DNA from: a virus
Lineage: Duplodnaviria; Caudoviricetes
Length of the DNA stretch: 64,000 nucleotides
Strand: one strand, 5' to 3'
IMG/VR virus record: IMGVR_UViG_3300032280_000442
Coordinates: 64,001 to 128,000 of that record
How positions within the stretch are numbered: the first letter of the stretch is position 1; each line of letters opens with the position of its first letter. Both the position numbers and the translations under genes were made by a program. Of this stretch, positions 48,243 through 58,423 are shown piece by piece. The notes beneath the pieces were generated by a model. The model had not been told where the DNA came from. It ran no database searches and saw only the letters and a program-made list of their open reading frames with translations.

Positions 48243-48965
48243 TTATCTTCTAAACCAACTTCTTCTTTCTTCTTTTGACGCAGATTTAGACACGCCACAT
48301 TTAGTATGCGAAAAATCAGGGTCTTGAGTATCACAAGATGGCACGTTTGGTAATTTTTTTTGTTTTTCTAAATATTTTACATAATCAGCTTCAGTTTTAC
48401 CAGGGTTATTCTTCAACCAAGCATCCACATATTTTTTATGTATTTCTTCAGCCTTTTTTAATTCAGGTGCTCTTTTTTCCTTCCAAGCTTTGGCAATAGA
48501 ATCTTTTTTCTGAATGGTTTTAAGTCTTAATTCTTCAGCAGCCTTCTTTTTAAGTTCAAGTTTTTCTTTATTTAACTTAATTTGTTCTTCTCTACTTAAT
48601 TTAACCGGTGTTGTGGTTGTAGAAGTTGTGGTTCCGGAAGTTGTGGTTTGTTCATCCAAATAATTTTCTAAATTTAATATTACAAATGTTGTATAAGTAT
48701 TATCCTCATTTTGAAATATTTTTTCTTTATCTATTTTACTTGTATTGGTATTATATATTTTTGTTTTAATTTTTTTTGAAAATGCCCTCATTGCATTTTT
48801 TACCGCTAATTCTTTAGAAAAAGACATATTAGGACTTTTACCTTCACCAAACGCTTTTTTACTATTTACATCATCATTACAAACACTCCATTCTTTTCTG
48901 ATATTTTCCGGAGTGGTTTGTTCAACCAAATAATTATACTGAGATTCTTTAATTACTATTTTCAT
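48243..48965 (-). CDS. two-module protein with MKIVIKESQY leader and duplicated NYL(V/D)EQTT junction
   Basis: 23-nt direct repeat at 48643-48665 and 48913-48935. Confidence 0.85.
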   Translation of the reverse strand: MKIVIKESQYNYLVEQTTPENIRKEWSVCNDDVNSKKAFGEGKSPNMSFSKELAVKNAMRAFSKKIKTKIYNTNTSKIDKEKIFQNEDNTYTTFVILNLENYLDEQTTTSGTTTSTTTTPVKLSREEQIKLNKEKLELKKKAAEELRLKTIQKKDSIAKAWKEKRAPELKKAEEIHKKYVDAWLKNNPGKTEADYVKYLEKQKKLPNVPSCDTQDPDFSHTKCGVSKSASKEERRSWFRR

Positions 48966-49013
48966 ACTAATAAATATCTCATAAATAAAAAACCCCCAAT
49001 AAAGGGGATTTTT

Positions 49014-49301
49014 TTATAGTCCAAAATGTTCTTTGATGATGGCTACACCATCTTCAATCTCGTCATAATCTCTGTCGGGAGCGTATAGATAACTCTTATG
49101 GTCATCTGTGTCCGGTGATTCAACAATCATAAACGCAGGAACAAATTCATTCTCAGTAATCTCAACAAACATTTGGTATTCATCTTCGTGTTCATCAATA
49201 TCTCTAACCTCAAATGGTATATTTGATTCCTTTAATTGATTCTTCATTGTCTCACAGTGGGGACAACCTTCCATCGTAAAAAGAATTAATAACTTATCCA
49301 T
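49014..49301 (-). CDS. glutaredoxin-like protein
   Basis: GCPHC...VP. Confidence 0.88.
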   Translation of the reverse strand: MDKLLILFTMEGCPHCETMKNQLKESNIPFEVRDIDEHEDEYQMFVEITENEFVPAFMIVESPDTDDHKSYLYAPDRDYDEIEDGVAIIKEHFGL

Positions 49302-49617
49302 TGATTAGATTCGTTGCTAAATCTTTTAATTGCCCCTCCATTTGAACACCTGTTTTAGAATCCACAACATCACCATTGTTGAATACTTTAATTGTTGGGA
49401 CCGCTCTAACACCATATTTCACAGCAATATCTCTATTGTTTTCAACATCCATAGTGTATAATTGAACAGGGGAGTTATTATTTCGGTATTGTTCCGCTAA
49501 TTTTTCAAAAGTTGGTTTCATCATTTTGCAGGGACCACACCAGCTGGCGTGGAAGTCCACAATTAATTTTTCACCATTTGCAATTTTTTTTGTTAATTCT
49601 TCTGTTGTAATTTCCAT
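49294..49617 (-). CDS. trxA: thioredoxin
   Basis: DFHASWCGPCK...VRAVPT. Confidence 0.92.
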   Translation of the reverse strand: MEITTEELTKKIANGEKLIVDFHASWCGPCKMMKPTFEKLAEQYRNNNSPVQLYTMDVENNRDIAVKYGVRAVPTIKVFNNGDVVDSKTGVQMEGQLKDLATNLING

Positions 49618-49619
49618 AC

Positions 49620-49940
49620 TTAATCTTTTTTTGTTAATCTTTTTAATTGTAGTAACAAATACTCTACTACGTTTTGTTTATCCACTCTTGTTAAAATAAA
49701 TATCTTAGTTTGTGACTTCCGTAAAATTAAAATACCGGTCGCATCATATTCGTATAATCTATCTTTATAAACTATATCGTGTTCATTATTTACAAAATAA
49801 TCAAACCATAGTAAAAGTGATTTACTTAATAATTTATCCGTGTCTTCATTAGACATCGTTGGATACACTTCAATAATACTAGGTTGTGCTAAAAATCTAG
49901 CTTTAAATGTATCTATACAATTTTGTGGTATCTCTTTCAT
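49620..49940 (-). CDS. hypothetical protein
   Basis: ORF. Confidence 0.75.
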   Translation of the reverse strand: MKEIPQNCIDTFKARFLAQPSIIEVYPTMSNEDTDKLLSKSLLLWFDYFVNNEHDIVYKDRLYEYDATGILILRKSQTKIFILTRVDKQNVVEYLLLQLKRLTKKD

Positions 49941-49942
49941 AT

Positions 49943-51697
49943 TTAAAGTGGTAATTCATCATCCCAATTATGAACAGGGACAAGGTTATAATTATTATAC
50001 GAATTTAATTCCATAATTGAATTGTTTTCCCAACATAATTTCATTTCAGTTAGGTCTTTTCCGGTTTTAGTTACAGAATATCTTGTAACTTCTTTTGTCC
50101 CCCAATCAGAAAACAATTTCTTATGTTTAAATTCACCTTCAATCTGTAATGTATCAAACAAATCCTCATATTGGTCAATTTTATTATCCAATTTGATTAA
50201 TGCGTCATCCCAACTTTCATCCAATCTATCATTACGTTTACCCAAAGTTTGAACTCTCTCTAACTCAAAAACATTATCTTGTGAACACAATGTAATACGA
50301 TATTCAATTGACGCTCTCTCTTCAGTTTCACCTTGACCTCGTCTCATAGATATTAATAAGGAATCAATTCTTCTAATATATGTCTTAACACAATTGGATT
50401 GGAATGATGACTCGTTGTTGTATCTTTTGGATGTTGTTAATACTTCCGGATAGTATGGACCATCTTTGGTTAAGATAACCTCATTCACCTTATCCACAAA
50501 CTCTTGGTTGTAGATTCTAGTAAAGTCACCATTGGTATAATGGTTGTATTTCTCTGACCAATCGTAGTGTTCTTGAACAAACTCATCGTGAGTTCTTGAT
50601 GTCCATTTAACAGGTTCCATTTGGTCTAACAAACGATAAAATCTAAAGTGGTCATCAATTACATTATAGTTAATCAATCCTTTTTGAAATAATTTATATA
50701 TCTCAAAAAAATTGGAGAACTCTTTTTTTGTTAATAACCATTTTCCAATATTATTATGAAACGTACTTTGTTTATTATGTTCCAACAATAATTGAACAAA
50801 CTCATCCGGTTGATTTAAAATAAACTTCTCACCAAATATTGAACAAGCGTTATTAAAATTAAGGACACCATCAAATGATTTAACATTATGTAATGCTCGT
50901 TTAACTTTATCCCCCTTTAAATTATGAACCCTCATTAAAGCATCAATATACTTATATCCACACTTTACCAAATCTTTCTTCTTTGGTTGGGGGTAAGTTT
51001 TCATAAGTTCAAACCAATTGTTTGGCATTTTAGTTCCTTGAGCATCCAAATATCTTTTATAGATTCTTTGTTCAGGAAGTAAGTCGGCATATAATTCAGT
51101 TCCGGGAATTGCATTAACAAAGGTTGAGATTACCTGATTGATAATTGTTGGAATATCAACTTTATCTTTATCAACAATAGTATTCAATCCATCTCTTAAA
51201 TATCGTCGCATATTATTAATAGGGTCATTATTAAACATAACTCTACTAACTCTTTTACGACATTTTCTTTTCAAATGGTAGTTATCTAATGAACCGGTGT
51301 ATAACGCATTTGTTTTATAGTTAAAAGTAATAAATTTACAATTGGTCTGAACTTTAAACCACTTACCAGCAACTCGTCTTCTTTTAATATAACTGAATAC
51401 TTTGAATGAAACTTTATCATTCTCTTTAGTCACACAAACAATTACTCTATTAAAAAATAATGAAGCAAGTGGATTTCCGTAATGTTCTACAAATTTTTCT
51501 TCTGTATCATAATCCGCTTTAAAAGTATAGTCACCCCAAGGCGTATAACTTGTATGTTTAGTTGAAATCAGATTAGTTTCAACTAAACCCCAAAAATCAT
51601 CATCAACCTCTTTTATAAGAGGACGAATAGGATTGGTATCCAAGTATTCGGATACTTGATACCTCTTTACGGTATAGTTAAATAATTCTTCTTTCAT
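49943..51697 (-). CDS. large protein with PcfJ-like C-terminal domain (start MKEELF at 51697)
   Basis: ESSFQSNCVKTY...ASIEY...VQTLGKRN; TACTTTTG promoter 51716-51723. Confidence 0.7.
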   Translation of the reverse strand: MKEELFNYTVKRYQVSEYLDTNPIRPLIKEVDDDFWGLVETNLISTKHTSYTPWGDYTFKADYDTEEKFVEHYGNPLASLFFNRVIVCVTKENDKVSFKVFSYIKRRRVAGKWFKVQTNCKFITFNYKTNALYTGSLDNYHLKRKCRKRVSRVMFNNDPINNMRRYLRDGLNTIVDKDKVDIPTIINQVISTFVNAIPGTELYADLLPEQRIYKRYLDAQGTKMPNNWFELMKTYPQPKKKDLVKCGYKYIDALMRVHNLKGDKVKRALHNVKSFDGVLNFNNACSIFGEKFILNQPDEFVQLLLEHNKQSTFHNNIGKWLLTKKEFSNFFEIYKLFQKGLINYNVIDDHFRFYRLLDQMEPVKWTSRTHDEFVQEHYDWSEKYNHYTNGDFTRIYNQEFVDKVNEVILTKDGPYYPEVLTTSKRYNNESSFQSNCVKTYIRRIDSLLISMRRGQGETEERASIEYRITLCSQDNVFELERVQTLGKRNDRLDESWDDALIKLDNKIDQYEDLFDTLQIEGEFKHKKLFSDWGTKEVTRYSVTKTGKDLTEMKLCWENNSIMELNSYNNYNLVPVHNWDDELPL

Positions 51698-51747
51698 CAG
51701 GTTTATTTTGAACCACAAAAGTAAGACATTAAATTTGAATATACAAA

Positions 51748-52038
51748 TTAATTAAGGGAAAAGTGTGCGAATTGTGTGTGATAAATTAAAGATTTAATCT
51801 TATCCATATCAATCTCATCGTTTTGAGATTTTTTAAGTTCCACAACAATAGATATGATTTGTTTTTGAGTTAAGGAAACATCCTCTCCGTTCTCAATATT
51901 ATCTAATGATTGTTGTTTTACTCTGTCGTAGAAGTCATCCTTTAAAACATCCCCAATTAACTGAAGTAAGTCATTGGGGTTGTTGTTAAAGAAAGTTATA
52001 AATTGATTAATGTAGATTTCAACGTCAACATTTTTCAT
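51748..52038 (-). CDS. hypothetical protein
   Basis: ORF. Confidence 0.75.
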   Translation of the reverse strand: MKNVDVEIYINQFITFFNNNPNDLLQLIGDVLKDDFYDRVKQQSLDNIENGEDVSLTQKQIISIVVELKKSQNDEIDMDKIKSLIYHTQFAHFSLN

Positions 52039-52055
52039 AGTAGTAATTTTTTAAA

Positions 52056-53450
52056 TTATTCTTCCATATGGTAGAAACCGTCACCTGAATTGTATTTTTC
52101 TAACGATTCAGGAACTTTAACATTCGGACATCTACTTACATTTAAAAATGTAAGATTTGGTAGTGTTGTAACACACTCAGGAATTGTTCTCAATTCTTTG
52201 TTGCCAGGGAAAGCTAAGAACACTAAGTTTTTTAATTCACAGATTGAATCCGGAACTTTACTAATCATATTTTCAAACAAAATAGCCGTTAACGATGTGA
52301 ATCGACTGATTGTGTCCGGAACATCAATATTAACAGTTTCATTTGACGTGTTAATAATATTTAATCTTTTGATTGTTGTTGGTAGTGAGTTGAACAATTC
52401 TTCAAAACCATATAATGCTACGAACTTACCTGTTGCGGAGTCCGGATATTTAATCTCAACATTATCCGAATTTGGTTTAACAAATCCTGCAGCAAATTCA
52501 GGTTTGAATATTTCTTTAAACTCAGACCATTTTCCATTTAAATACTCAACAACCGGGATGTTACCTCCGTGTTGGTTAGCAAATTTAAATTGGTTTGATG
52601 GGAAGTGGAATTGATATCTTTCAGATGGCAATCCTGTAACCTCACCTACTTTACCTTTATCATCATTAGCGATGAAGATATATAACGGACCTTGATTTCT
52701 ATAAGTGTTTGAATAACTTGAGTTTTCTGCCGCAGTACACCAATTGGTTTCACCTCTATCAAGACCACCATTATAACCCCCAAAATAAGATGCCGCCTTA
52801 GAACCTAAAGCCCCTTTGTCAGCAATTTTGATTAAGGTATATTCAGAACCAACTTTTAAGATTTCAGCACCAGGAATATTATAGTTTGTGTTAACCGCAG
52901 CTCCTGCCTCTTTCTTAACTTTTTTACCACGATACATATTTAAATCAACAGTTTCACCATCGCCCACCTTAACTTTTAAGTGAGATAAGTCATTCAATGA
53001 TTTAACATTATTAATGTCTTTTTTAGAGGCATCCTCTAAACTACCTTTAAATCTATCGTATTTCACCAATAACTCAGTGAATTGAGATAAATCTTCTAAG
53101 AAAAGTCTTCTGTATTCGTTTGCTTTTGCTTTATATTCGTCAGAACCAACTTCAATTGGTTCGTTAGTTACTTCTCTAGTAAGGTTTGGTTTAACAAATA
53201 GATTCAATAACCATTGAGTATATTTACCAACTTTAACCTTGTCACTTGTCATATCTTCAACAGACGCAGCTTCTTTGTCATAGTTCTCAGGAACTCTTGT
53301 TGTAGGGTCAGCAAAAACTATTTGCTTAACAACCTCAAATGGTAAAATACCTTTTTTTCTCTCACCACTAGGTAAAACATATTTCTTGTATAATATTTGA
53401 AAACGAGCGTCTTCAGTAATTAAGTTCGATAATACTTTTGTAATCTTCAT
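52056..53450 (-). CDS. leucine-rich-repeat protein with LITE leader and WCTA domain
   Basis: VPDTISRFTSL, VPDSICELKNL, IPECVTTLPNL repeats. Confidence 0.85.
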   Translation of the reverse strand: MKITKVLSNLITEDARFQILYKKYVLPSGERKKGILPFEVVKQIVFADPTTRVPENYDKEAASVEDMTSDKVKVGKYTQWLLNLFVKPNLTREVTNEPIEVGSDEYKAKANEYRRLFLEDLSQFTELLVKYDRFKGSLEDASKKDINNVKSLNDLSHLKVKVGDGETVDLNMYRGKKVKKEAGAAVNTNYNIPGAEILKVGSEYTLIKIADKGALGSKAASYFGGYNGGLDRGETNWCTAAENSSYSNTYRNQGPLYIFIANDDKGKVGEVTGLPSERYQFHFPSNQFKFANQHGGNIPVVEYLNGKWSEFKEIFKPEFAAGFVKPNSDNVEIKYPDSATGKFVALYGFEELFNSLPTTIKRLNIINTSNETVNIDVPDTISRFTSLTAILFENMISKVPDSICELKNLVFLAFPGNKELRTIPECVTTLPNLTFLNVSRCPNVKVPESLEKYNSGDGFYHMEE

Positions 53451-53556
53451 TTTAATTGTTTTTATTATAAATATTTGTTTTTTGTAAATAATTCATCAAA
53501 CATCACTTACTTTTGTTTGAGTTGACAAAGATAATACTTATTTTTTATAACACAAA

Positions 53557-54414
53557 CTATTTTTGGTAATTCATAATTAGAAGTTCTTCCCCCATATTTT
53601 GAGTTTTTCCCTTCTTAGCCGCTGCCGCCTTAGCAAACTCTTTCTTCTCCCACACATACTGAAGTTGTGGGAACCAAGTGTGTAATTGGGGGAAATCATA
53701 ATAAGATAATGAGAACTTCCCTTGAATACCTTTTAAACAATTCGCCAATCTCTCGTGGTCCTCTCTTCCAAAATCGTGATTTGAATAATAACTACCTTCA
53801 CCCACAATATAATACGGTGGGTCAACATAAAAATAAGTTGTAGGTGAGTCATATTTTTCAATCACTTCTTGGAAATCCATATTCTCCACAAAAGTAATCC
53901 TTTCAAACATTTTTTGCCAATCCGGATTCTTTAATTTATTTTTAAATGAGGTGAATTTTGAATGATACTTACCTTTTAAATCTATAAATTTTGATTTGGA
54001 TGGGTTAGCCCCCGAAAACACTTGAGTTAAAACATAAATGTATTTTGCTGCAACAACATAATCATAAGCCTCTACTCTGAAATTATCATCAAATATTTCA
54101 GCTTGAAACCTGATAAATTGTTCACAACAAATTGGATTTGTCGGAAAAACATTTTTTTCCTGAACAATAAACTTTTCACATTCTTCAAGTAATCTTTGAT
54201 GGTTCTTTAAACATTGATACATATTATAATTCAACGGATTAAAATCATTATAAATCACCGTTTTGAGATTTGGGTAATTTTCCAATTTCATTTTAAAAAA
54301 TGTCCAAAATTGACCACTAAAGGGTTCTATAAATGTCTCAATATCTTTAGGGATATTTGGAATTATTAATTGTGGGGCAATTTTAGACTTACCCCCTACA
54401 TAGGATACACACAT
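53557..54414 (-). CDS. Dam-like (D12 class) N6-adenine DNA methyltransferase
   Basis: YVGGKS, EPFSG, YND, YVDPPY, EELLIMNY. Confidence 0.92.
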   Translation of the reverse strand: MCVSYVGGKSKIAPQLIIPNIPKDIETFIEPFSGQFWTFFKMKLENYPNLKTVIYNDFNPLNYNMYQCLKNHQRLLEECEKFIVQEKNVFPTNPICCEQFIRFQAEIFDDNFRVEAYDYVVAAKYIYVLTQVFSGANPSKSKFIDLKGKYHSKFTSFKNKLKNPDWQKMFERITFVENMDFQEVIEKYDSPTTYFYVDPPYYIVGEGSYYSNHDFGREDHERLANCLKGIQGKFSLSYYDFPQLHTWFPQLQYVWEKKEFAKAAAAKKGKTQNMGEELLIMNYQK

Positions 54415-54415
54415 A

Positions 54416-55195
54416 TTATTTAAATTTTTCTTTTTTTCTTTTTAGGTAATAATCATTAGATGAATTATATAAAATATTTTTAATTAATTCAATATCTAAT
54501 TTTGAATTTACCTGAATTGAGTGAATATTTTTCTTTTTACTTATTTTAGGTGTTGTTTTCATTCCTTTATTTTTAAAAAAATTTAAAACCCATACTAATA
54601 ATTCGTTTGTCCCTAATAAACTAAATTTAAGTCTACCACCATATTTACCAATAGACCCATCCCCATCAAAATAACCTCTAATAAAATGAGGAATAAATTT
54701 ATCTTTCAAATTAGGAGGCATTAATATTAAACTTTTATTCGGAATACATCCTAAATTAATTAAATCATCAGCCATTTTTGAACTATTAACTTCTAACTTA
54801 TAACTTAAAAATTCATCTTTAATTTGTTTAGTAAGTTTATATGTTGACCCCAAATCAATGATTAATTTTTCTAACAAATATTCATCCCCATTTTTTAATG
54901 ATATCCCAACAGTTCCACCTTGTTTATGTTTTCCGTTAAATTGTTTTCGTTTTCTAACATACCCGTCGGCAAATAATAAACCTAACCAATACGCTTTTTC
55001 ATTACTATCTATTTTTTCAAAATAGTCTTCATTACAATTATGTTTACGGATTCTACTTTTAATATTATTTTTCCTTAAAACATTTCCAATACTCCAAGTA
55101 CAAATATTATATTTTTCAGATAATAAATTATAAGACAAACCTAATAAATAATCATCACAAATATTACCACAATCAATTTCAGTCAATTTTATCAT
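54416..55195 (-). CDS. free-standing double-motif LAGLIDADG homing endonuclease
   Basis: KAYWLGLLFADG and FIRGYFDGDGS. Confidence 0.9.
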   Translation of the reverse strand: MIKLTEIDCGNICDDYLLGLSYNLLSEKYNICTWSIGNVLRKNNIKSRIRKHNCNEDYFEKIDSNEKAYWLGLLFADGYVRKRKQFNGKHKQGGTVGISLKNGDEYLLEKLIIDLGSTYKLTKQIKDEFLSYKLEVNSSKMADDLINLGCIPNKSLILMPPNLKDKFIPHFIRGYFDGDGSIGKYGGRLKFSLLGTNELLVWVLNFFKNKGMKTTPKISKKKNIHSIQVNSKLDIELIKNILYNSSNDYYLKRKKEKFK

Positions 55196-55340
55196 AATAA
55201 TCTTTAACTAATTTTTGAATAAACTTGGAAACACTAATCCCCTCGTTTTTCATCTTATCAAAAAGATGTTGGTCAATACTTATCCCGTATTTAACTTTTT
55301 TATCTTTATCTTCTTTATTAGGTCTTCCTATCTTTCCCAT
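55179..55340 (-). CDS. 53-aa ribbon-helix-helix-like DNA-binding protein (not in ORF track)
   Basis: MGKIGRPNKEDKDKKVKYGISIDQHLFDKMKNEGISVSKFIQKLVKDYYDKID. Confidence 0.7.
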   Translation of the reverse strand: MGKIGRPNKEDKDKKVKYGISIDQHLFDKMKNEGISVSKFIQKLVKDYYDKID

Positions 55341-55456
55341 ATATTATAAATATAACAAAGTATAGTAAAAGTGCGTTAAAAAGTAAAGTTTTTTTTAAAA
55401 AAAATATAGTTTCACATTCAATTTTTTTTTACTATATTTGTGGTAAATTAATATTT

Positions 55457-55681
55457 ATGAATATGAAAGAATCAATAGAAACTCAGATTATCGAAGAGAA
55501 AGATATTATTGAGATTACTCCGGACCAAGTAGAACAACCTGAAAAAGAATGTAAGACGTGTAAACAAAAAAAAATAACTAATGGTCAATTAGCTATGTTA
55601 ATATCTTCTTTTTATATTTTATTCTCTTCAATATACGGAACTATAAAATTAATCAAAGAATTAATAAATTATCTTCAATAA
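55457..55681 (+). CDS. small membrane protein with CKTC motif
   Basis: C-terminal TM segment. Confidence 0.7.
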   Translation: MNMKESIETQIIEEKDIIEITPDQVEQPEKECKTCKQKKITNGQLAMLISSFYILFSSIYGTIKLIKELINYLQ

Positions 55682-55704
55682 AAAAGAAACCCCTTTTATA
55701 GGGG

Positions 55705-56616
55705 TTATCTTTTAAATTTCACAAATAGTTTTATATATAAATCACCTCTACCGTGATATCCTTTACTTTTAACTCTTAATGGTTTTGACGTATCAAATTC
55801 ACCCGGTAACTTAATTGAAATCTCACCTAATGGATGAGGAACTTTAACACTATCCTGTTTTAACGAATTTAAATCAAAATAAGCATTATATATTAAATCA
55901 TCCATAGATTTTTCAAAATTATTTTCAGGAACAATTTTAACTTTAACCACTAAATTACCATACATCCCATCTTTATAATCACCTTTACCTTGAACACGTA
56001 AGAATTGTCCTTCATCAATTCCGTTAGGTAATTTAATTGATATTGTTTCAACACTAGATGTTGTAGTACTACCGTGACAGGTTCCACAAGTTGTTTTATA
56101 AGAAAATCCTCTACCACCACAAGAACCACAACTTTGTCTAATTATTTGAGTAAACAATCCGGTTCCTATTTGTTGAGTAATCACACCTTGTCCTCCACAA
56201 GTTGAACAGTTTATTCTTTCCCCTCCAGAACCATTACATCCTCCACAATTATGATTTCTAGTATATGTGATATTTTTTTCACCACCTTTATAAGATTCTA
56301 CAGCACCAACAACAACTTCAATAATTTTATCAGGAACTGCTCGTTTTCTTTGAGTGTGCATTTGATTAAACATATCTTCAAAAGGATTAAATCCTCCACC
56401 ACCCATATTAGCAAATGGGTTTCTTTTTTGATTATCGTATTGAGTTCGTTTATTTTGGTCACCTATCGTATCATACGCCTCTGAAATTTTTTTAAACTTA
56501 TTTTCATCACCACCCTTGTCCGGATGATGTTCAACCGCTAACTTTCTATAAGCTTTTTTTATTTCGTCTTGTGAGGCATTTTCACTAACACCTAATATTT
56601 GATAAAAATCTTCCAT
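55705..56616 (-). CDS. dnaJ: DnaJ chaperone
   Basis: J domain HHPDK, short G/F region, four CxxCxGxG-type motifs, C-terminal domain. Confidence 0.95.
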   Translation of the reverse strand: MEDFYQILGVSENASQDEIKKAYRKLAVEHHPDKGGDENKFKKISEAYDTIGDQNKRTQYDNQKRNPFANMGGGGFNPFEDMFNQMHTQRKRAVPDKIIEVVVGAVESYKGGEKNITYTRNHNCGGCNGSGGERINCSTCGGQGVITQQIGTGLFTQIIRQSCGSCGGRGFSYKTTCGTCHGSTTTSSVETISIKLPNGIDEGQFLRVQGKGDYKDGMYGNLVVKVKIVPENNFEKSMDDLIYNAYFDLNSLKQDSVKVPHPLGEISIKLPGEFDTSKPLRVKSKGYHGRGDLYIKLFVKFKR

Positions 56617-56654
56617 TCTTTACTTAGTTTATATTTAAAGTTAAATTATATATT

Positions 56655-57299
56655 ATGAATTATTTAATTGTTCTATTCAAAAATAAAGTAAAAAAGAAAA
56701 TAATCAAGAAATTTAAGACCTCAAATAGAGCAAATAGTTTCTACGAATCTTTATTGGAAACTAGTAATAACGTTATTTTTGATAAACAATACGAAAATGG
56801 ATTTTTATCTAATTATGAAATAGCAATACTTGAGAAGGTATCCGGTACTTTTTTACCTGTATTTTTAAAAGATGAGTTTGGAAGAAACATTAAAGTAAAC
56901 TTAGATGATGAGGATTTTTCTATTAAAAAAATTAACCCGTATCATATTGATGAATTTATTTTAGACACTACCTTAAATAAAAAAATAAACCCTAAGGAGT
57001 TTATTAAGTTATATTTAGACCCATCAGGATTTAAATTAATATCCAAATTAAATAATAAAATTGTTGTTCAAAATGATGATAAATTTAATTTATTTACTTT
57101 AAAGAATGATTATGACTCAAGCAGATTTATTGATTCGATATCAGAATTCTTTATGAGTCAAAAACGATTTGATTGTATGTTTGTTAAAGATTATTCAAAC
57201 GCTCAAAGAAAATATCTTTACAACTTATTAATTGAAAATGGGTTTTCTAAGTCTTACTTACAACGTCAGACAACGACCCATCCTTCAATAAAAACATAA
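56655..57299 (+). CDS. hypothetical protein
   Basis: ORF. Confidence 0.8.
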   Translation: MNYLIVLFKNKVKKKIIKKFKTSNRANSFYESLLETSNNVIFDKQYENGFLSNYEIAILEKVSGTFLPVFLKDEFGRNIKVNLDDEDFSIKKINPYHIDEFILDTTLNKKINPKEFIKLYLDPSGFKLISKLNNKIVVQNDDKFNLFTLKNDYDSSRFIDSISEFFMSQKRFDCMFVKDYSNAQRKYLYNLLIENGFSKSYLQRQTTTHPSIKT

Positions 57300-57501
57300 A
57301 CTCAACTCCGGACATATCAATTTTAAATTGAGTAAAATTCCTATCAACATCTCTGAAGTTTTTTTGAACTTTTTTATAATCGTCATACTTAAGTTCCATA
57401 GCAATAGCCATAACCCCATCAGGAAATAATGTTTGCAATCCATCAGCAACAAGTGCCAATTTTTCTATTACCCCATCAATACTTTGTGTAGTCTCTCCCA
57501 T
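57247..57501 (-). CDS. hypothetical protein
   Basis: ORF in overlapping operon. Confidence 0.65.
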   Translation of the reverse strand: MGETTQSIDGVIEKLALVADGLQTLFPDGVMAIAMELKYDDYKKVQKNFRDVDRNFTQFKIDMSGVEFMFLLKDGSLSDVVSKT

Positions 57502-57665
57502 AATGTTAATTTTTTAGGTGGTTCAGGTGGTTTTGGAAGAATATCTTCTTTTTTTATTTGTTTAATTTTATTAGCAAAATTCTCTTTATCTCTATCTAAG
57601 ATAATTTTATTTTTGATAATGTCTTTATTCAGTAACTCCAATTCCTTTAACGCTTTCTTCTCCAT
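57468..57665 (-). CDS. hypothetical protein
   Basis: ORF ending KKLTLWERLHKVLMG. Confidence 0.65.
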   Translation of the reverse strand: MEKKALKELELLNKDIIKNKIILDRDKENFANKIKQIKKEDILPKPPEPPKKLTLWERLHKVLMG

Positions 57666-58056
57666 CGTCTAATTTTATTTTAGTAACTTTTGGTTTCATT
57701 TCAAAACTTAAATCTTTTAAATTGTTTAAGTTTTGTTTTTCAAAAATAGATTTTAATTCATTAACTTTATTTTGAAATAATTTATCTTTTTCTTCTAATT
57801 CAAGGTTGTATCGAATAATGTTTTTAAGATTGTCCGAGATTACTCCTACACTTTCTTCCGATATTTCAGACACAAAAGAAAAAAATCTATGATTTTCAAT
57901 TTTACTTGTTTGTTCCATCACCTTTTCTTCATCAACATATTTTTTAGGTAATTTCCAAGTTGTTGGAAAACTAACGTCAAAACTTAAATAGTTTTCTAAT
58001 TTTCTAACTGACTGTAAATAAGGTAAAAGAGATGAAAATTCTTTATATAAACTCAT
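57625..58056 (-). CDS. hypothetical protein
   Basis: ORF. Confidence 0.75.
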   Translation of the reverse strand: MSLYKEFSSLLPYLQSVRKLENYLSFDVSFPTTWKLPKKYVDEEKVMEQTSKIENHRFFSFVSEISEESVGVISDNLKNIIRYNLELEEKDKLFQNKVNELKSIFEKQNLNNLKDLSFEMKPKVTKIKLDDGEESVKGIGVTE

Positions 58057-58058
58057 AA

Positions 58059-58247
58059 TTAATTTTTAATAATAAATGTTAAGCAATACGATATTGCGAA
58101 TCCAAGAAACATAAGTTCCCATTTATTCCATACCATTGGTTTTGGCGGGTTTGAAAATAGGGAACTTATTATTCTACCAACTGTTCTTAAAACAGTTAAA
58201 ACAGAAAAGATAAATACAAATAAAAATACTGTATTAATATTATCCAT
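58059..58247 (-). CDS. two-TM small membrane protein
   Basis: hydrophobic helices. Confidence 0.7.
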   Translation of the reverse strand: MDNINTVFLFVFIFSVLTVLRTVGRIISSLFSNPPKPMVWNKWELMFLGFAISYCLTFIIKN

Positions 58248-58249
58248 TA

Positions 58250-58423
58250 TTAGTCTTTTTTTCTTTCAGATAAAATCTCTTTTCTTAGACTATCTAATAA
58301 TTTTTTTAAATCCTGTGCAGATTTTCTAGCTCTTGTTCCGGCACTATTGTTACCCCCAAAAAACTTTGTTGTGTCAACTGATAATTCTTCAACCAATGAC
58401 TTAATTTGTTCTAATGTTTCCAT
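58250..58423 (-). CDS. histone H1-like Hc1-family protein (not in ORF track)
   Basis: METLEQIKSLVEELSVDTTKFFGGNNSAGTRARKSAQDLKKLLDSLRKEILSERKKD; GNxxAGTRARK motif. Confidence 0.8.
   Translation of the reverse strand: METLEQIKSLVEELSVDTTKFFGGNNSAGTRARKSAQDLKKLLDSLRKEILSERKKD

Noticed and set aside
54416-55195. Intein or group I intron around the LAGLIDADG ORF
   Set aside because: The ORF has its own start and stop, no C...HN splice residues, and the neighbouring MTase is intact.
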